This document shows, piece after piece, positions 38,301 through 51,900 of a stretch of 64,000 nt of DNA. The stretch covers positions 11,588,716-11,652,715 of the forward strand of contig CP154954.1 of the NCBI GenBank assembly GCA_039621445.1, given 5' to 3'. The DNA is from Euglena gracilis (lineage: Eukaryota). The notes beneath the pieces were generated by a model. It searched no databases. It was not told the origin of the DNA and saw nothing but the letters and a program-made list of their open reading frames with translations. The position numbers were made by a program, and so were the translations under genes. Position 1 is the stretch's first letter. Each line of letters begins with the position of its first letter.

Positions 38301-38587
38301 TATGTTGGGGAGCAGGAGCAAATTGTACAGGGCGAGCAAACACATCAAAGCTGCCAGATGTATTCGTTGAAACAGGGAAAGGGGTCGGTTGTTGGTATAT
38401 CGGTTTGACAAGCCAATGAGAAAGATGAGCCCCCGGATGCCGTCGAGCCAATCCAGGCGGCGTCCCCAAGCGACGGTCCGGCCACTACGCCTGTTGCCCC
38501 GGGACTCTCCTCCAGCGCCAGGAAGCGGATGTCCTTGATGGGGCCCATAGAGACTGGCCCGGCCACACCGGACGGGGGTTGGCCGCC
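29374..38587 (-). CDS. comB: 2-phosphosulfolactate phosphatase (ComB)-family protein, spliced
   Basis: Exons: 38484-38587, ~38070-38148, 37305-~37367, 34735-34817, 33628-33757, 32421-32468, 31820-31846, ~31300-31334, uncertain micro-exons 31040-31170, ~30922-31037, 29374-~29490 (stop). Motifs: DIRFLALEESPGATGVVIVIDVCRAFTTAAYAF...VDEALAL...GEVGGLPVATFDLWNSP...IQRTTAGTQGV...SMVMTG...EDRACAEFL...DIDLC..PDVFPFAMVV, matching ComB family motifs (VIDVxRAFTT, FDxxNSP, TTxGT, ED). Further 5' exons are possible. Confidence 0.8.
29548..30415. mobile_element. TA-flanked MITE hosting the nested hAT MITE
   Basis: TAACCCCCCCCCCAAAATTAGAC ... GTCTTATTTTGGGGGGGGGGGGTTA. Confidence 0.75.
29727..30171. mobile_element. 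hAT-type MITE
   Basis: 21-bp TIR CAGGGTTCGATATAAGGAGGG; perfect TSD AATCTGCC; related copy at 48676-49019. Confidence 0.92.
31847..32420 (-). other. Non-conventional intron (ComB)
   Basis: CCC CAGGGCACC ... GGTGCTCTG CGTCA|GAC; 9-bp stem; removal gives KLDG-DPRLG. Confidence 0.8.
31962..32245. mobile_element. hAT-type MITE with degenerate left TIR
   Basis: Perfect TSD CTCCCATG at 31954-31961 and 32246-32253; right end ...AAAATACGGCCTG. Confidence 0.75.
32469..33627 (-). other. Non-conventional intron (ComB)
   Basis: C|GGC CACTGCCACTGCT ... AGCGGTGGCATG TCCCC|G. Confidence 0.75.
33758..34734 (-). other. Non-conventional intron (ComB)
   Basis: T|GGC GCCCCGCCGCCCGC ... GTGGGCGGTGGGGC GGGGCC|G; 14-bp stem with two G-U pairs. 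Confidence 0.8.
34818..37304 (-). other. Non-conventional intron (ComB)
   Basis: GCC CACGGCGCCGTTT ... AAACGGTGCCGTG CGACTC|G; 13-bp stem; removal gives IIGE-VGGLP. Confidence 0.85.
35510..35821. mobile_element. TA-flanked MITE (GGGAAACTGTCA family)
   Basis: TIR TACCTAC(C)nGGGAAACTGTCA; internal GGGACCCTGACAGTTTCCCGGG repeats; other copies at ~15776-16074, 32260-32358, 33000-33113, 47246-47413, 56868-57118. Confidence 0.85.
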
Positions 38588-40155
38588 CTGCAGAGAGGTT
38601 CAGGAATATGATGGCGCAGGTGAAATATTCACATTCATTTGTTTATTTATAACATATTTTTAAATTTAAATAATATATTTTTGTGTTCATTTACATACCA
38701 ATTTATGGGAAGTATGTTTACTATATATTATCCATTTAATCATAATATACATTCTATTATATTTTTAGACACCCATTCTGCCAAGGTGCGGTGCTGTCCA
38801 AAATGCATTCCAGTTGCGGTTCGTGTGTCCCTGGTTGAATTTGCAAGCGCACTCCGGAGAGCCATGATTACAAAACCCGGGGGGGTTTGGCCCCCGGGGT
38901 TTTGGTCTCAAGCGAAAATTGACCGCAATGCGAAGAAAAAAAATTCACCGAGAATACCCAGCTCCAGTCAAGTTGCTGATTTTTTGACCCTTCTGTGGGA
39001 AGGGTTCGGGTCAAATGCCAATCAGTCACTCAGGAATACTCTGACCCACACATGGACAGAATGGTTTGCACAGTTATGCGGACGTTCAATGGCCCACCCA
39101 CACTGCGAAGGAATACTAATCAAAGGTGGGCTTGTCGTCACCACTACTCAACACCTCTGGTGCGCTGTTTGGTGTGCTCTGGTGTTATTCTGTCTCGTCA
39201 AGGCACACTCCCAGCACATCGGGGTTTTTTGCTTCGCCATTTTTATAAAGTTTTTTAAACATAAAGTTTAATTTTTATAAAGTTTACATATATAATTTAT
39301 TTTTATAAAAATTTTATATATGAAGTTATTATTATTATTATTAATTATTACATTTGTATAAAGTTTTTTTTGGCGCATTTTTATAAAAAACGAGGTCGGT
39401 CAGGGTTTGGCGAGGGGTAGCCCCCCTGGGTATGTCAAGGTCAGTCGGGCAGGGCCAGCGGACTTCCAGGCAGAAGTCTAGGGAGGTGGTGGTGGTGGGG
39501 AGTCAACACACCCAGCAACAAACGGACGCAGATGTTTTGAGTGGTTGCCAGCTCAAACGGGATGGTGGGAGACGGACGGAAAAATATTGCAACAGACACG
39601 GAGGGGGAGGGGCGGGAGATTGGGCTGACGCATGGGTCACCATCCACACAGACAGGGTAATAAATGAGAGAGGGGGGGTTGCGTTGCAGGCGTTATTGCC
39701 CAACAAATGGGCAAACCCATATAAAAAAAAATTTGTCCAGTGCAAAAATCCGGGGGAAAATAAGATTTGGTTGATAAAGGTGGGTCACCCCCCCCCTTCC
39801 ATTGGAGGGAGAGGGGTCCAGACTCCGGACCTCCCCCTCCCCTTTGCACAAAACCGGCGTTCACTTCGTACCCTGCGTGCAGCCCGACCGTGCTGAGGGG
39901 GCACTGGCAGCGTGGACGAGCCATGCTATGGGGTAGGGCAGCGGCAGGCCTGACGTGTTGAAATGTGTACGTCAGCAAACGTCATTCCGCATGGCTGTGC
40001 GCTGGCGGGCCAGCCAGAAGGATCCACGTTTGCATTTCGGTGCCACGAACTCGTTCGGCACATACCCACACCCCAGTTTCTTGCTGCGCCGTGCAACCTG
40101 GCTTGGCCACGAACCGCCACCACTCTCGTGTTGGGCTGTGGAACAAATGCGGACA

Positions 40156-40562
40156 TAAACCCTCCCCTAATAAGTGCACGGGTGCGCGCATTTTAAGGAC
40201 GTAGTTTCGGACCCCAAGGGGTGCGCACTTATTAGGGCAGTGCGCACTTTTTAGGGCAAAGCCAACAATACTGACATTGCCCCCGCTCTTTTTCAATTCC
40301 CCCCCAATTTTGTGATTTCAAGCTATGAGTCAAGTGATTATGTGTCAAATGTGTTAAATTTGGGCTTGGACGATAGAAATATTTGGTCTGAGAAGGACAG
40401 TTCTGAGAATTATGTGTGCTTTCCGACCTGAGATATGACAATGATTTCTCCTTTTGGGGGGTGCGCACTTTTTAGGGAGGTGGTTTCGGACCCTTGGGGG
40501 GGGTGCACTTATTAGGGCACTGCGTACAATTAGGGCACTGCGCACATATTAGGGGGGGTTTA
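40156..40562. mobile_element. TA-flanked MITE with GTGCGCACTTATTAGGG repeats
   Basis: TAAACCCTCCCCTAATAAGTGC ... GCACATATTAGGGGGGGTTTA; relative near 45125-45445. Confidence 0.7.
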
Positions 40563-42509
40563 CCTTTTTTGGGATAAATGGAGGTCTGCGGGGATTATTT
40601 GTGGAGACATATGGCCAAGGTATCCAAATGCCATGGAGACCCGATAATCTGGTGACCATTGAGTATGACTGAATACCCCCCATATTGGCCACACCACGAC
40701 GCTGACAATTTCCCAGGCAAGACGTCGGCAAATTCTCAGGCATGATAACGGAGGTAGGTTTGCCAAGCAGAGAAGGATTTTCAATTTCAAAAAATAACTT
40801 TGGGGGTAAAAAACAAGCAAAACAGGGGGGTCAACAAAAAAAAGGGGGTACATCTTCTTCCAAGAAGGTGGGCCTACCCAAATCACGTTCCCAGGTACGC
40901 AAGGAGCTTAAGAAAAACTCTCCGATGTTCGCAGGGAAAGAGCGGAGACAAGATGGGAAGAGCGAATGGGAATGGGGAGGAAACATTTCACAAGCAGCGT
41001 GCGAGAAGTTTCAGGCACACCAGCGCACGTGTTGTGCTTGCTTGTCTAATTGCAAGCAATTTACTGGGGAAAAAACACTGGACCTAACAGTAATCCAATC
41101 CAGGACACAGGGAACAAGACGCCAACTTCTCAAGCAGGAAGGGAGTTGGTGGCACGTGTGATACCACCTTCAAAAAGCAAAACTATTTTAAACCTTTCTC
41201 TGAAATGTGCTTTGTGAATAACCAACACTTATTAAAAAAAGACACACACACACACACACATCAATTAAAAGTTTTCTTAACTCACACTTGCAACCCAATT
41301 TTTCTTATATATCAATCGGTCCGACAACTGTCTTTATTCACCCAAATTGCCACCAAACGAGAATGTTTCAGGACAATGTTTCCCCCATTTTCTACGCTGC
41401 CTGCGCGGCCGCTCTCAGTCTGTTGGCGTTGGCAATTCAAGAGAGCAAAGGGGCTGTAATTGGTCGCAAAGCAAAGTCCCCGGGAGGTTTAATCTTTCGT
41501 TGGCAAACGGCTGCAAAAATGTACTGAAAAAACATGTCAATTTTGGTCCCTGGAGTACGCTGCCAAATAAACGCCGTCCAAAAAAATCAGAACGGAGGGA
41601 AACAGTGGAGGGTCCCACCCAACTACGACAACAGGGTGTTCATATTGGGGGGGGGGGTATGCGCAACATGTGCCGGGGCTGTCGGAGCAAATTGAAGTGA
41701 GAAGAGGAAGCGTCGCAGAAAGAATTCCTAACAGTTACACAATATGGAGTACAATGCGGCTTAAGCGACCGCCATTAAGAGGAAGGCAGGCTGCTGTCTT
41801 CTGCCTCAGTCAACATAATGCGGACTGACAAACAGAGTGAATCTCGGAGGTTCTTTCAACAAATAGAAGGACGCGGCCTACCGCGGCCCAACCAAACTGC
41901 AAACAACGATTACAAAGTGAGTTAGACTTAAGGTTCACCGGCAAAAAGTTGAGCCCATCCCCCTCATTGTTGTCATGATGTCCGCTGCAGGGTGCTCCTG
42001 GAACCCATAACAGCAGCCCAACTAGGGTTAAAAAACATGGGGGACTGGAGGAAGGCCCTGAAGGCGCCGACCAAGGGTCCCCATGTGTATTAACCCTAAT
42101 TGGCCAGTTGGGTGGCTATTTAGCTTGCCAGTGCTCTGCCGGGCCAATGCATGCAACTTTGCGAAGCAGTTGTGGTTTGGGTCACTGAAATTGTTGTGGT
42201 TGGGCGGCCGCGGCCGGCCACGGCCCTTCCAAAAAAAGGTTGGCTGCTGCCCAACCTCCTGTGAACCTCCCTGCCTTGACTGACCACCCCTAAAATTGTC
42301 ATATGTTGCTACACTGCTTCCATATAAGACATCGAAGAAAAACACAAAGTTCCCAAAATATAAAATATAATATATAAACAGACGAACACAAGAACACATC
42401 CCAAAATTTGGCCAAGGGTTGTGGTCCCCCCCCCGGGGTCCGGCCCTGGATCACCCACCCCACCTTTCCGGTGGTCTTCTGAGTTAAAAAAAGAAAAAAG
42501 AAGCCGTCC

Positions 42510-42903
42510 GCAGAACTGTTGGGCGGAGGGCCGCTGCTTGCCGTGCCCAGGCTCTCCCCGCTGGACCGCCGCCAGGGAGGACCCGGCGCCGGGGGCGGCC
42601 GCAGACCCCCGGGGCGGGCGGCGCCGGTGGGCAGGACGGGCAGGCTGGACCACCGCGCCGACCTGGGCAGCACCGTGGCCGGTAAGGCCCGCTGGACGAG
42701 CCCATCGAAGGCAGAGATGCACTCCCGCCTCCCGACTGGATCGATGCTCAACACCAATTCACGTACCCAACATTCAAACACACACGCACGCACACGCACA
42801 CACACACACACACACACGCACACACACACACACACGCACGCACGCACGCGCGCACACACACACACACACACACGCACGCACGCACGCACACACACACACA
42901 CAC

Positions 42904-42946
<43 letters not shown>

Positions 42947-45900
42947 CACACGCACGCACGCACGCACAGGCACCACACCAAGTCTCCACAAATATGCAAA
43001 TACATTAAAAATGTAACGTCAATTTTTGTGCATTTTGAGGGAACAGGCCGCAACAAAATATAAAAATATACTCGAGTTTTTTTTGTAACTTTGGGAACGT
43101 GCTGAGCGTTAAAAAAAACATTTGCATTGGCAGAAAAAAAAACAATGAAAATTATACAAAAAAAATTGATGGAAAGTTCGTCTCAGGCGGAATCGGGTCC
43201 CAAGCACGTCACTGTCCTCAATCGGAGACATTTCCCAGCAGAAATAAACACCAAACACACCAAAAAAAAATATTCAAAGAAATTTAAACACAATGAAAAT
43301 CAAAAAAAAAGAGCATCCCCTCTCTCAGGGAAACAAGGGCCATTTTACGGGTAGATATCAGATTATGCTATTGCTCGACAACAAAAAAGAAAACAACATT
43401 GGAATTCCCCTCTTTACAGAGGCCTCAGCCATGGCAGCCCTGCTCTCCGTCTGCTGGGTAGCCCAATCCACCGTCCCCCCCCCCCCCCGAGCGCAGGCCA
43501 AATCGAGAGTCTCTGGGCCAGCGTCTGTTGCAGGAGGGGGCCATCAGTGCCATGGTTGGGGTCAGCCCAAGGGTCCAGGCGTCCTGACTGACAGCCAGCG
43601 TGGCGCAAACTTGCGTAGTGTCCTGGTCTGCCGAGTTGCGCACACTTGTGTTTAATTGTGCAACGACTTAAATGTAAAATTGGTCCAAAAAAAGTGATTG
43701 TGCAATTCACAATGGATGTCGGGTAGAAGAGCAATTTCCCTGTGCATTATTGATCACATTTAAAAACAATTGCAAAAAAATTGCAAGGCAAAGAAAGCCT
43801 CAAAAATGACCCTTTCCCAAAAATGCCATTCTGCAAAAATGCGATTCTGCATATCCAAAAAATATTGAGATTACATCCCCCAGAGGTGTTTGGGAAGGTG
43901 GAGGCCCACCCCGTAGATGGCTGCCAAGGAAAAGTTCCTTCAGCGCCGAAGAGAAAATTTGACCCAAAAATCGGCGCCCCCGGAGATGCGGGAAGGCCTG
44001 TCGACTCCCACCCACAGGATGTCCCACAACAAGAAGTCCCACACAGCCCTGCTCCTTGGGGTCCCGGCCTCCGGCTGCACGGGGACATGGAAGTGCGCGC
44101 ACAGCTCCTTCGCCGCCCGCTGCCGCACGGGCATGGCCAGCGGGGCCAGCAGAGCCGCCAGCCCGGACTTCAGCAGGCGGTGGTGGGCGTGGAGGTCCGC
44201 GGCGCTGATGCGGCCCTGCGCGATGAGCGGGTGGTGCTCGGGGGCAGGCAGCCAGGCAACATGGAAGAACAATTGTGTGCATGGCAAGTCTGGAAGCCCG
44301 GTGTCTGATACTCCCGCACATATTGTTATTGTTGTTATATTGTTATTATTGTAAAGGTATGCGGAAGGCACACATATGCACATTGCCACAATTATATCCT
44401 GTGTTTTTTTACCAGAATTTTTAGGCACCCGTTTTGTTGGAATTATTGGGCCATTGGCTCGTCAGGAGGACGCTGTCCACGACATAAGAAAGGAGCGTGG
44501 TGCCCTCGCCCCCAAAACCACGGAGCAGCCTGGGCGGCGAAATCCCCACTCGACCCCAAGGAGGTCGGGTGGCCAGTGGGGGCCACAGTGGGCCGGTGCC
44601 TGCCATGCCGGCCGGCCGGCGGTGGGGCCTCTTCGAAGATGGAAGCGCTTTGAGGGAGCCCCACGCGATGATTTCCCCGGAACATGAGTTCGGATTTCGG
44701 TGTGCGGCGGGCGTGGGAGGTGGCGTGTTGATGCGGGTGTGTTGGTTTGCTTCATCGGCGAGCGGTCCTTTTTGGTTTTGGTCCGGCGGGGTTTACCCAA
44801 GCTATATTCCCGTTTGAAAAATGCACAATTTGGGGTCGTTGTCGCCGAGGGGGGATTTTTAACCCAACCCAACCAAATGTGGGCCGGCCATTTCCTCGCC
44901 CTCATTTTCTAGCAGGCTCCGGGCCGGGGATGTGCTATAGCCTGAACCCGACCATCCCCAGGGGATTGAAATTGCCCTACCCAGGGGGGGGGAGAACTTC
45001 CTTAAAAAGAAGAAACCATGATGGGGGCAAACCACACTTCAGAAGGACAAACCAGAATACCTCGAATAAGACCTTTTTTTAACATCAATGTTCAACCTTT
45101 AATTCGTTTTATTTTATTTTTTTGGCCCCTAATAAATGCTTGGTGTGCACTTTTTAGGAACGAAAATTCGGCCCCTCGGGGGCGTGCCTTCATTAAGACG
45201 GTAACACAAACTGCCTAAAATGGCTTAAGTTGGTCCAAAGATGGGCCGGATTGCCCAAAATCAGACAAAACTTAGGGAGGAAATTCGAAATTTTTGATGG
45301 GGATGCAAATATATTAGGGGGGTTTGCACAATTAGGGCGGAAGCACACTTATTGCGGGCGGGGTTTAAAAATCAATCAATACCTTCCTGGCCGACCCTCA
45401 ATTTCCTCTTCGGCTCCTTGAAACTGGGTGCGCACTTAATAGGGATGTTCTTTTAACGAAATCAGAGAAGTCCTCATTACTTGCCTGCCACCCACCGCAA
45501 CACTCCACCCAACAAATTCCCCCCACCCAATAGTCGCCCACCCGTCCGACGGGCGGGTCCTCAAAAGACCAAAAAAAAAAACCCATGACAAGAAAAAACA
45601 TGACTCTGGCAACAAAGGCAAGCCCCAGCCGTCGCGGTGGAGCCGGTGCGCTCCGACAACGCCGCCTCGCGGTCGTCCAGGCGGTCGACACGCAGCGGGG
45701 GGAACTGCCGCTTGGCCAACGGGCCGCCCGCAGGCCCCTCCCCCCCCCCCCTCTGCAGGAGGGCTGGGGTGGGTGGGTTCGGACGTAGTGCGTGATCACG
45801 GGGCACAGTTTGGTGGAAGCAAGCACCTATGATGGATTCCGAATTTTAGTCCGCGGTCGGCTGCGGTCGGCTGCGGTCGGCCGCGGTCGGCCGCGGTCGG

Positions 45901-48900
45901 CCGCGGTCGGCATGAATTTACATGGCAGCCCACTCTTGTATTTAGACCACGGTGAGCCCCTCATATGGTACCACAAGAAAACAGCAGCGACAGTGGCAAC
46001 CAAAGAATCGGTGGCGTCCCACCACTGGTCAGGCGCTAATGGCATAAAGCCGCCGATTCACATACACAAAGAGGAGGGCATCAAGGGTGCCATTGGTCAT
46101 ATTGAGACGGTCGTCTGTTTGGATAACATATCCTGGTACTTTGCAACAAACCATTGGAACCGTTGAAGGCAAAGCAGCCTCCCATCCTTTGTCAAACCAG
46201 TCCTTTCTGGCAGACTTGCACCAGGACAACCCTTTAAGAGGACCACATTAGCCAGGAAATCTAAAAAATCCGGGGTAAGAATATGAGTAATTTTATCCTC
46301 AACAAAGAAATTGACATCAATTCGGAAAAAGTTGCGCGGTCGGCGGCGGTCGGCTGCGGCCGGCTGCGGTCGGCATAGGTGCTTGGTTGGAAGATCGAAT
46401 AGACGGTCTGTGGGTTGGGTTGGGTTGGGTTGGGTTGGGTTGGGGAGGGTTGGGTCGGACCACCCCCGAGCATTGATGTGCTTAGTGTGTAGCGCAACGC
46501 AACGTCACTGGGATTGCTTATTGTCACATCAATGAGATAAAGTATTGTTTTGGGCATACAAATGGGGGCAGGAAAAATGCTGCTTCACAAATGATACACA
46601 AAATTGTTGACCGTGAGACACGAGGGCAAAATGATACCTTTTAAATGAAAACGCGGAATGATCTATTGGGACTGTGGCCATGGCCTTCGCCCCAGCTTTG
46701 TCCATCACGCTGGCCTACCCAAAGACAAGACCTGGGGCTTGTTTATTGGGTCCATTGCTGGTAACTACTCTCATTTTGGGAGGCTTTCTTTTTAGTCCCC
46801 GGATTCCAAAAAATCCCAAGAGCCATGCGAAGGTTGGTTGGACCCTCTTGCTGCTGCAACACACGACAGTCGAGGTGATGTGCCCAAGTGTGAACAGACA
46901 GCTCGAACAGCTCCAATGGAAAATGGAAAGAGTTGGCGACCGATCCAGATTGAGAGGGGAGATTCCTGGTCCTCTGGCAGCACTTGGTACAGCCGGAGGG
47001 GTTCCGTTAGGCCCCGGAGGGGTTGCAGCGATGGCAGGCTGCTGTCAGGACCCCCATGGGGAGAAGGCACTGTACAATAATTACCCCCCCAGGGACTGTG
47101 ACCTGCCAGGTCAGCAAATACACAGATAGGAGACAGGGCACTATAATGACAGGTCAGCGAGTACGGAGGTACCTGACAGTTTCCTGGAGGTTTCCTGGGG
47201 GGGGGGTAAATTCATGTCCGAATGCAGAATAGCAAACGAGCAGACTACCTACCCCCCCCCCCCGGGAAACTGTCACCTGACAGGTTGGCCAGTACCGAGG
47301 ACCCTGACAACTTCCTATACTGACAGGTTGGCCAGTACCGGTTACCCTGACAGTTTCCCAGGCGGGACCCTGACAGGTTCTCGAGCATGACAGTTTCCCA
47401 GGAGGGGTAGGTATGGGGTGCCAGCTTCCAACCGGCTGGGCTTAAAAGCCCACCACCCCACTGGAAACCCCCCCTTTCTCCAACAGCATCCTTTAGCGGC
47501 TGAAGTCACAGTGCACACCACCGCAGAGGCATTTGGGCACACCCTCTGTCCCCGGATAACTCCGCATGCGTGGAGCCATCACGACCGCTTTCCGGGTCAA
47601 ATGTGGCAACCGGGGGGGGGGGCAGCTTCTTCCAGTGGGGGGTTTTTCATCAATGGAGTTCTAAAAGGTCTCGGGGGGAGGTTCGGCAGGTTGGCTACGA
47701 GCTTTAAAGAATGGGCTGGCTGACTGCAGCCCCCTCCCGGGGGTGGGTCCCTTTCGGGTTACGCGGGCGGAGGGGCCCAATTTGGGGGGGCAGCCCGCCT
47801 GGCCCCGAGGTCGGCCCACACCGCCCCAGGACAGTGGCCGCCCAGCGCCTCGAACACCGCCGCCGACACCGCGGTCTGCCCGCCGTGGCACACGGACTCG
47901 ATGCGCGCCGCGGCGTTGACGACCGGGCCGTAGTAGTCGCCGCCATACCACGGCTTATGGCGCATGGGGGGGGGAGGTCACTTCCCACTTTCAAAAAACC
48001 AGTCAGTCCTTTTCAAAAACCAGCCTCCTTCTCCGTCATGTCAGGCACAGGGACCTGGCGGCTCTGCCGGGGAGGTGCCTTTGCCGCTTTCCGCGGGGGG
48101 GGGGGGCACGTTAGGCATCAGCCTGAAGCTGAACTGCACATTTTGGCTCGCGGAGAAGGCATGAGTTTGGTTGCTGAAATGAGATCAAATCACAGTTTTT
48201 CATTTCAAATTTGAATTGTTAAAAATGTGGTGATTCTTCTTCTGCAATTATTCTTCTTTTTTGTTGGGTGACTTGATCAGCCTGAACACCTTTCCTCCCC
48301 CTGCTCCGTGCGGGGGGGGGGGTCGGTCACTCTGGCCACTTGGGGCCGGAATGGCTCGATTTCCGGAGTTTGGGCAAAGGCCAAGGAAATTCTCCAGCAC
48401 CTTCGGCGCTGGGTGGCCACTTTCAGCCATTCCTGGCCAACCCCCCTGGGGGGGGGGGTCCGAAGACAAAAACCCGTCAGTCACTCCAAAAAAACCCAGT
48501 CACTAACCCCCTGGGGTTGGGCGCATCTCAAGCAATGGTGTGTCCATAGCCCCGTGACACCGGGTCCAGCTTGATGTCAGGCCACTCGGGCCCCATCCCA
48601 AACCCACACAGGTGGCAAAGCCGGCAGTCATCGACCGGTGGACAACAAACAGTCTGTGTGGGCCTCCAATGTGGACAGGGTTTGATATAAGGGCGGGTGG
48701 GGGGTCAGACCACCCCCAGTCCAGCAGGGGGGGGGGGACCCTCCTGTACAGTGGCGCAGTCTGGGTGACGAAAACTCAGCACGGTGCACCCAAAAATCCG
48801 CCCCCAAAAAATCGGCCAAAAATTTCATTTTGGGCACTTTTTGGGTAAAATTTGGCAAAAATGTCAAAAATTTTCAGCGCGAAGCACCGGAAGGGGAAAA

Positions 48901-51900
48901 AATGACCTTTCGGGGGGGGGGGTCCAGTACACCCGCCCCCTGGCAGGTGTGGGGTGGTCTGGTCCCCCCTCCGGGCCGTGGAGGAGTTAGCCCGTACACC
49001 CTCCTTGTATCGAACCCTGTGGCTCACAAAAATTGCAACGTACTCTTCTGTTTACATGAGTGGTGCGGTACACAAAGCGCAAAAAGGGAGAGCCTCAAGC
49101 AGAGCAGGAGACAAATCACGGAACTGTCTGCCAATAAGATTTTCTGCTTGAATGCAATGTCCAAACTGTTTGTGTTCTGAAAAAAATATTTTATTTCTTG
49201 GCATCTGCAATGCTGGCTAATAGCTGGGTTTCTTGGGGAACCATTAAAAAAAAGTATTAAAAAATACAAATGCATGAATCCATGCACGAATCCATTAATG
49301 CATGAATTATTGCTGTTGGGTTGTAAGTTCCACTTCAGGCAGATAAATGCAACAGCATTTTAGATCATACTCGACATAACCTATCTGCAACATTCCCATT
49401 GGATTAATTCAAGAAAAATAACCCCCCAATATAAAGCCCCCCAGTTTTATATTTGGACGGGACTTCAAGACCCTCAGGGGGGAGGAATTATATTTGGGCG
49501 GTAAAATCAAACTTGTTCGGTGGCCTCTATGACCTTCGGCGGCCTTCAATTGTGGCCAAATACCAATTTTATGCCAAATTTTTGTTGTGTACCTCCTGCT
49601 TTTCCAAAAAATGTGCAATTGTTATCCAAGCATTTCTGGTGAAAAAAAATGTTGTATCAACCCGATTTTTCAACTTTTCATTGAAGGGAACCACCGTATG
49701 GCTCCACATCAGGAGGGGGCTTTACATTGGGGGGGTTTTAATTGAAGTACTGCCATGCTAGGCTGGGTTGCCAATAACCTGAAGTTCGGCAGGCATGGTG
49801 ACAACATGGTGACAACCTTAGGTATAATGGCCTTGGGTTGGGGAAATATATTTGTGGGTGGGTGGGTCATCCACATTGGACTGGAGTCTGAATGGGAATA
49901 TCACCGTTTTGGCACCAAGAAAGAGCCCGGATGCCACATCCATAATGGATACCAGTGCGGACCCTCGACGCCAGGAGGTGGATTTTGTGGGGGGAGGTAC
50001 GAAATGGACAAAACGGGGATGAAAAAAGCCAGAACAGCGCCATTTTAATGAGGACTTTGTTTTCTCCTGCTACTTTGACGGCATCACCTTTCGGTGATTT
50101 GAGGGAAATTTCCCATGTGACTTGCTCCTCCCCTGGGCAATTGTCGAACAAGCAATCTGGCGAGCGCAATGGGGGAGCGACAATTTGGGGGGGGGGGTGA
50201 CAATTGGAGCAGCACAGAATGGTTTGGAAATGCCCACGGACAGTGATTGCACAGGGGAGACAACTGGAGGGCAAATCTGGCCATCTGGAAAATTCTGTTT
50301 TATGCGGCAATTTAGAGTCCAAGTCAACCAGAATACAAAATATCAAAAAAATGAGAACTAATGAGAAAAAATGAGAATGGGATATAAAAGGGGGTAGCCA
50401 CAAGAGGGGGGACAATCGCCGGCAGGGATGCAGGTACCCAGAGACTGCTCTCCACCTCCCCCCGTCTGACCAAACTGTATTTGTAGTACCTTCACCCCCC
50501 CCAAAACAATCAAATTAATTTTCGGAGGTTTTGATGAGTAAAGAAAATTTAGACAGACTATTCAGCAGGTGAGAACTTGATTCACAAACGGGGTCACAAA
50601 TTCCCAGAAGGAATAAGAGTAGATGTTGACAGAAAAAACAATTCCAGACATACATGGCAGCAGCACTCTACATGGCCCCTTGGGCCATGTAGAGTGATTG
50701 GGGGGGGGGGGGGGCTTCGTATGGAGTGATCCGCACCCGACCTTCTGGATTTTCGGTCTGTTTTGCCCAGGAACCGCGTTGGATCCTGGCAACCAGCGGC
50801 AGATTCGGGAGGGTCGGCACTTATTTTTAGGAGTAGAGTTAGGGTTAACAAACACCAGAGGGGATATAGCAAAGTGTAGGATAGGTGAACGGAAGACTTC
50901 TCTTGGTAACGTTGTTTGTGAAACTGGGTAACCATTGCACATCGGTGCAACAGCCACGCTGCATTAGAATCTTAAAGATTGTATTTCTATTGCGCGGTGG
51001 CGCAATGTACCTCTTAAATTTGCATTCTACATAAGCATGCCATTGCGCAGATGCCCAATGAAAACACATGTTAACATATATTGTTATTATTGTGCAAGTG
51101 CACAATGATCACCCACATGGAGAATTACAAAAAAATGTGTCGATGTGCAATGTTTTTCATTTGTGGGAATTAAAATGATTGTTGCGCCATGGCATCCCCT
51201 CGCCCTGCACGACGGAGTCCCCTCGCTTCATCACCCAGCGCTTTGGGTTCATGCACACTGGGCCTTGGCAGCCCTGTGCCTTCAGACCGTTCCAAGTCGT
51301 TGCTTTCGCCCCCAGGCCCTGGGGGTGGAGGGTCACATTGATTCGAACTGTCCCGAACCTCGGGGCTCTGTGTTCGAACGCAGAACTTTTTTGCAAGATT
51401 GCGCGTCGGCTCAATCTTCCAGTCACTTTCAAAGCTAAGTGCGACTTAGGCAGCCCTGCCAAACGAAGATCCAATGATTTCCCTATCCCCTGTGGGATAT
51501 TTCTTTTTGAAGGAATTGCAACCATATGTGGTGTAAGCAAATGCCAAACTGTGGGAATTTAATGGATCAGGAATGCCTTTGTGAATCAAAAGCATTCTTG
51601 ATCCACCATTTCGAGATTTTTAAAAGGTCGGTGTTTTGCCGAGCAGGATTTTTTTTTAACTCAAAAAAAATCGTGCGCCGAAAATGGACCCGTTTTTGGG
51701 ACCACATCAGGCCGGAAGTTAGGTGCCATTTTTGGAAGATTTTGGAAAAACAAATTTGCCTCAAAAATGCCACTGAGTTACGTCGAAATTCAAAATTAGG
51801 TCAAATTCCACCCAAACTCGCCCGGGATGCAGCCAAAATTCCCAATAACTTTCGAAAATGGGGGCCCAACAGGACGCCGGTCGCAACCCTAACCTTATCC

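Noticed and set aside
39430-40130. Possible extra exons (e.g. 39871-39948, AG...GT bounded)
   Set aside because: Could not be assigned to the ComB 5' end or the cyclase 3' end without cDNA.
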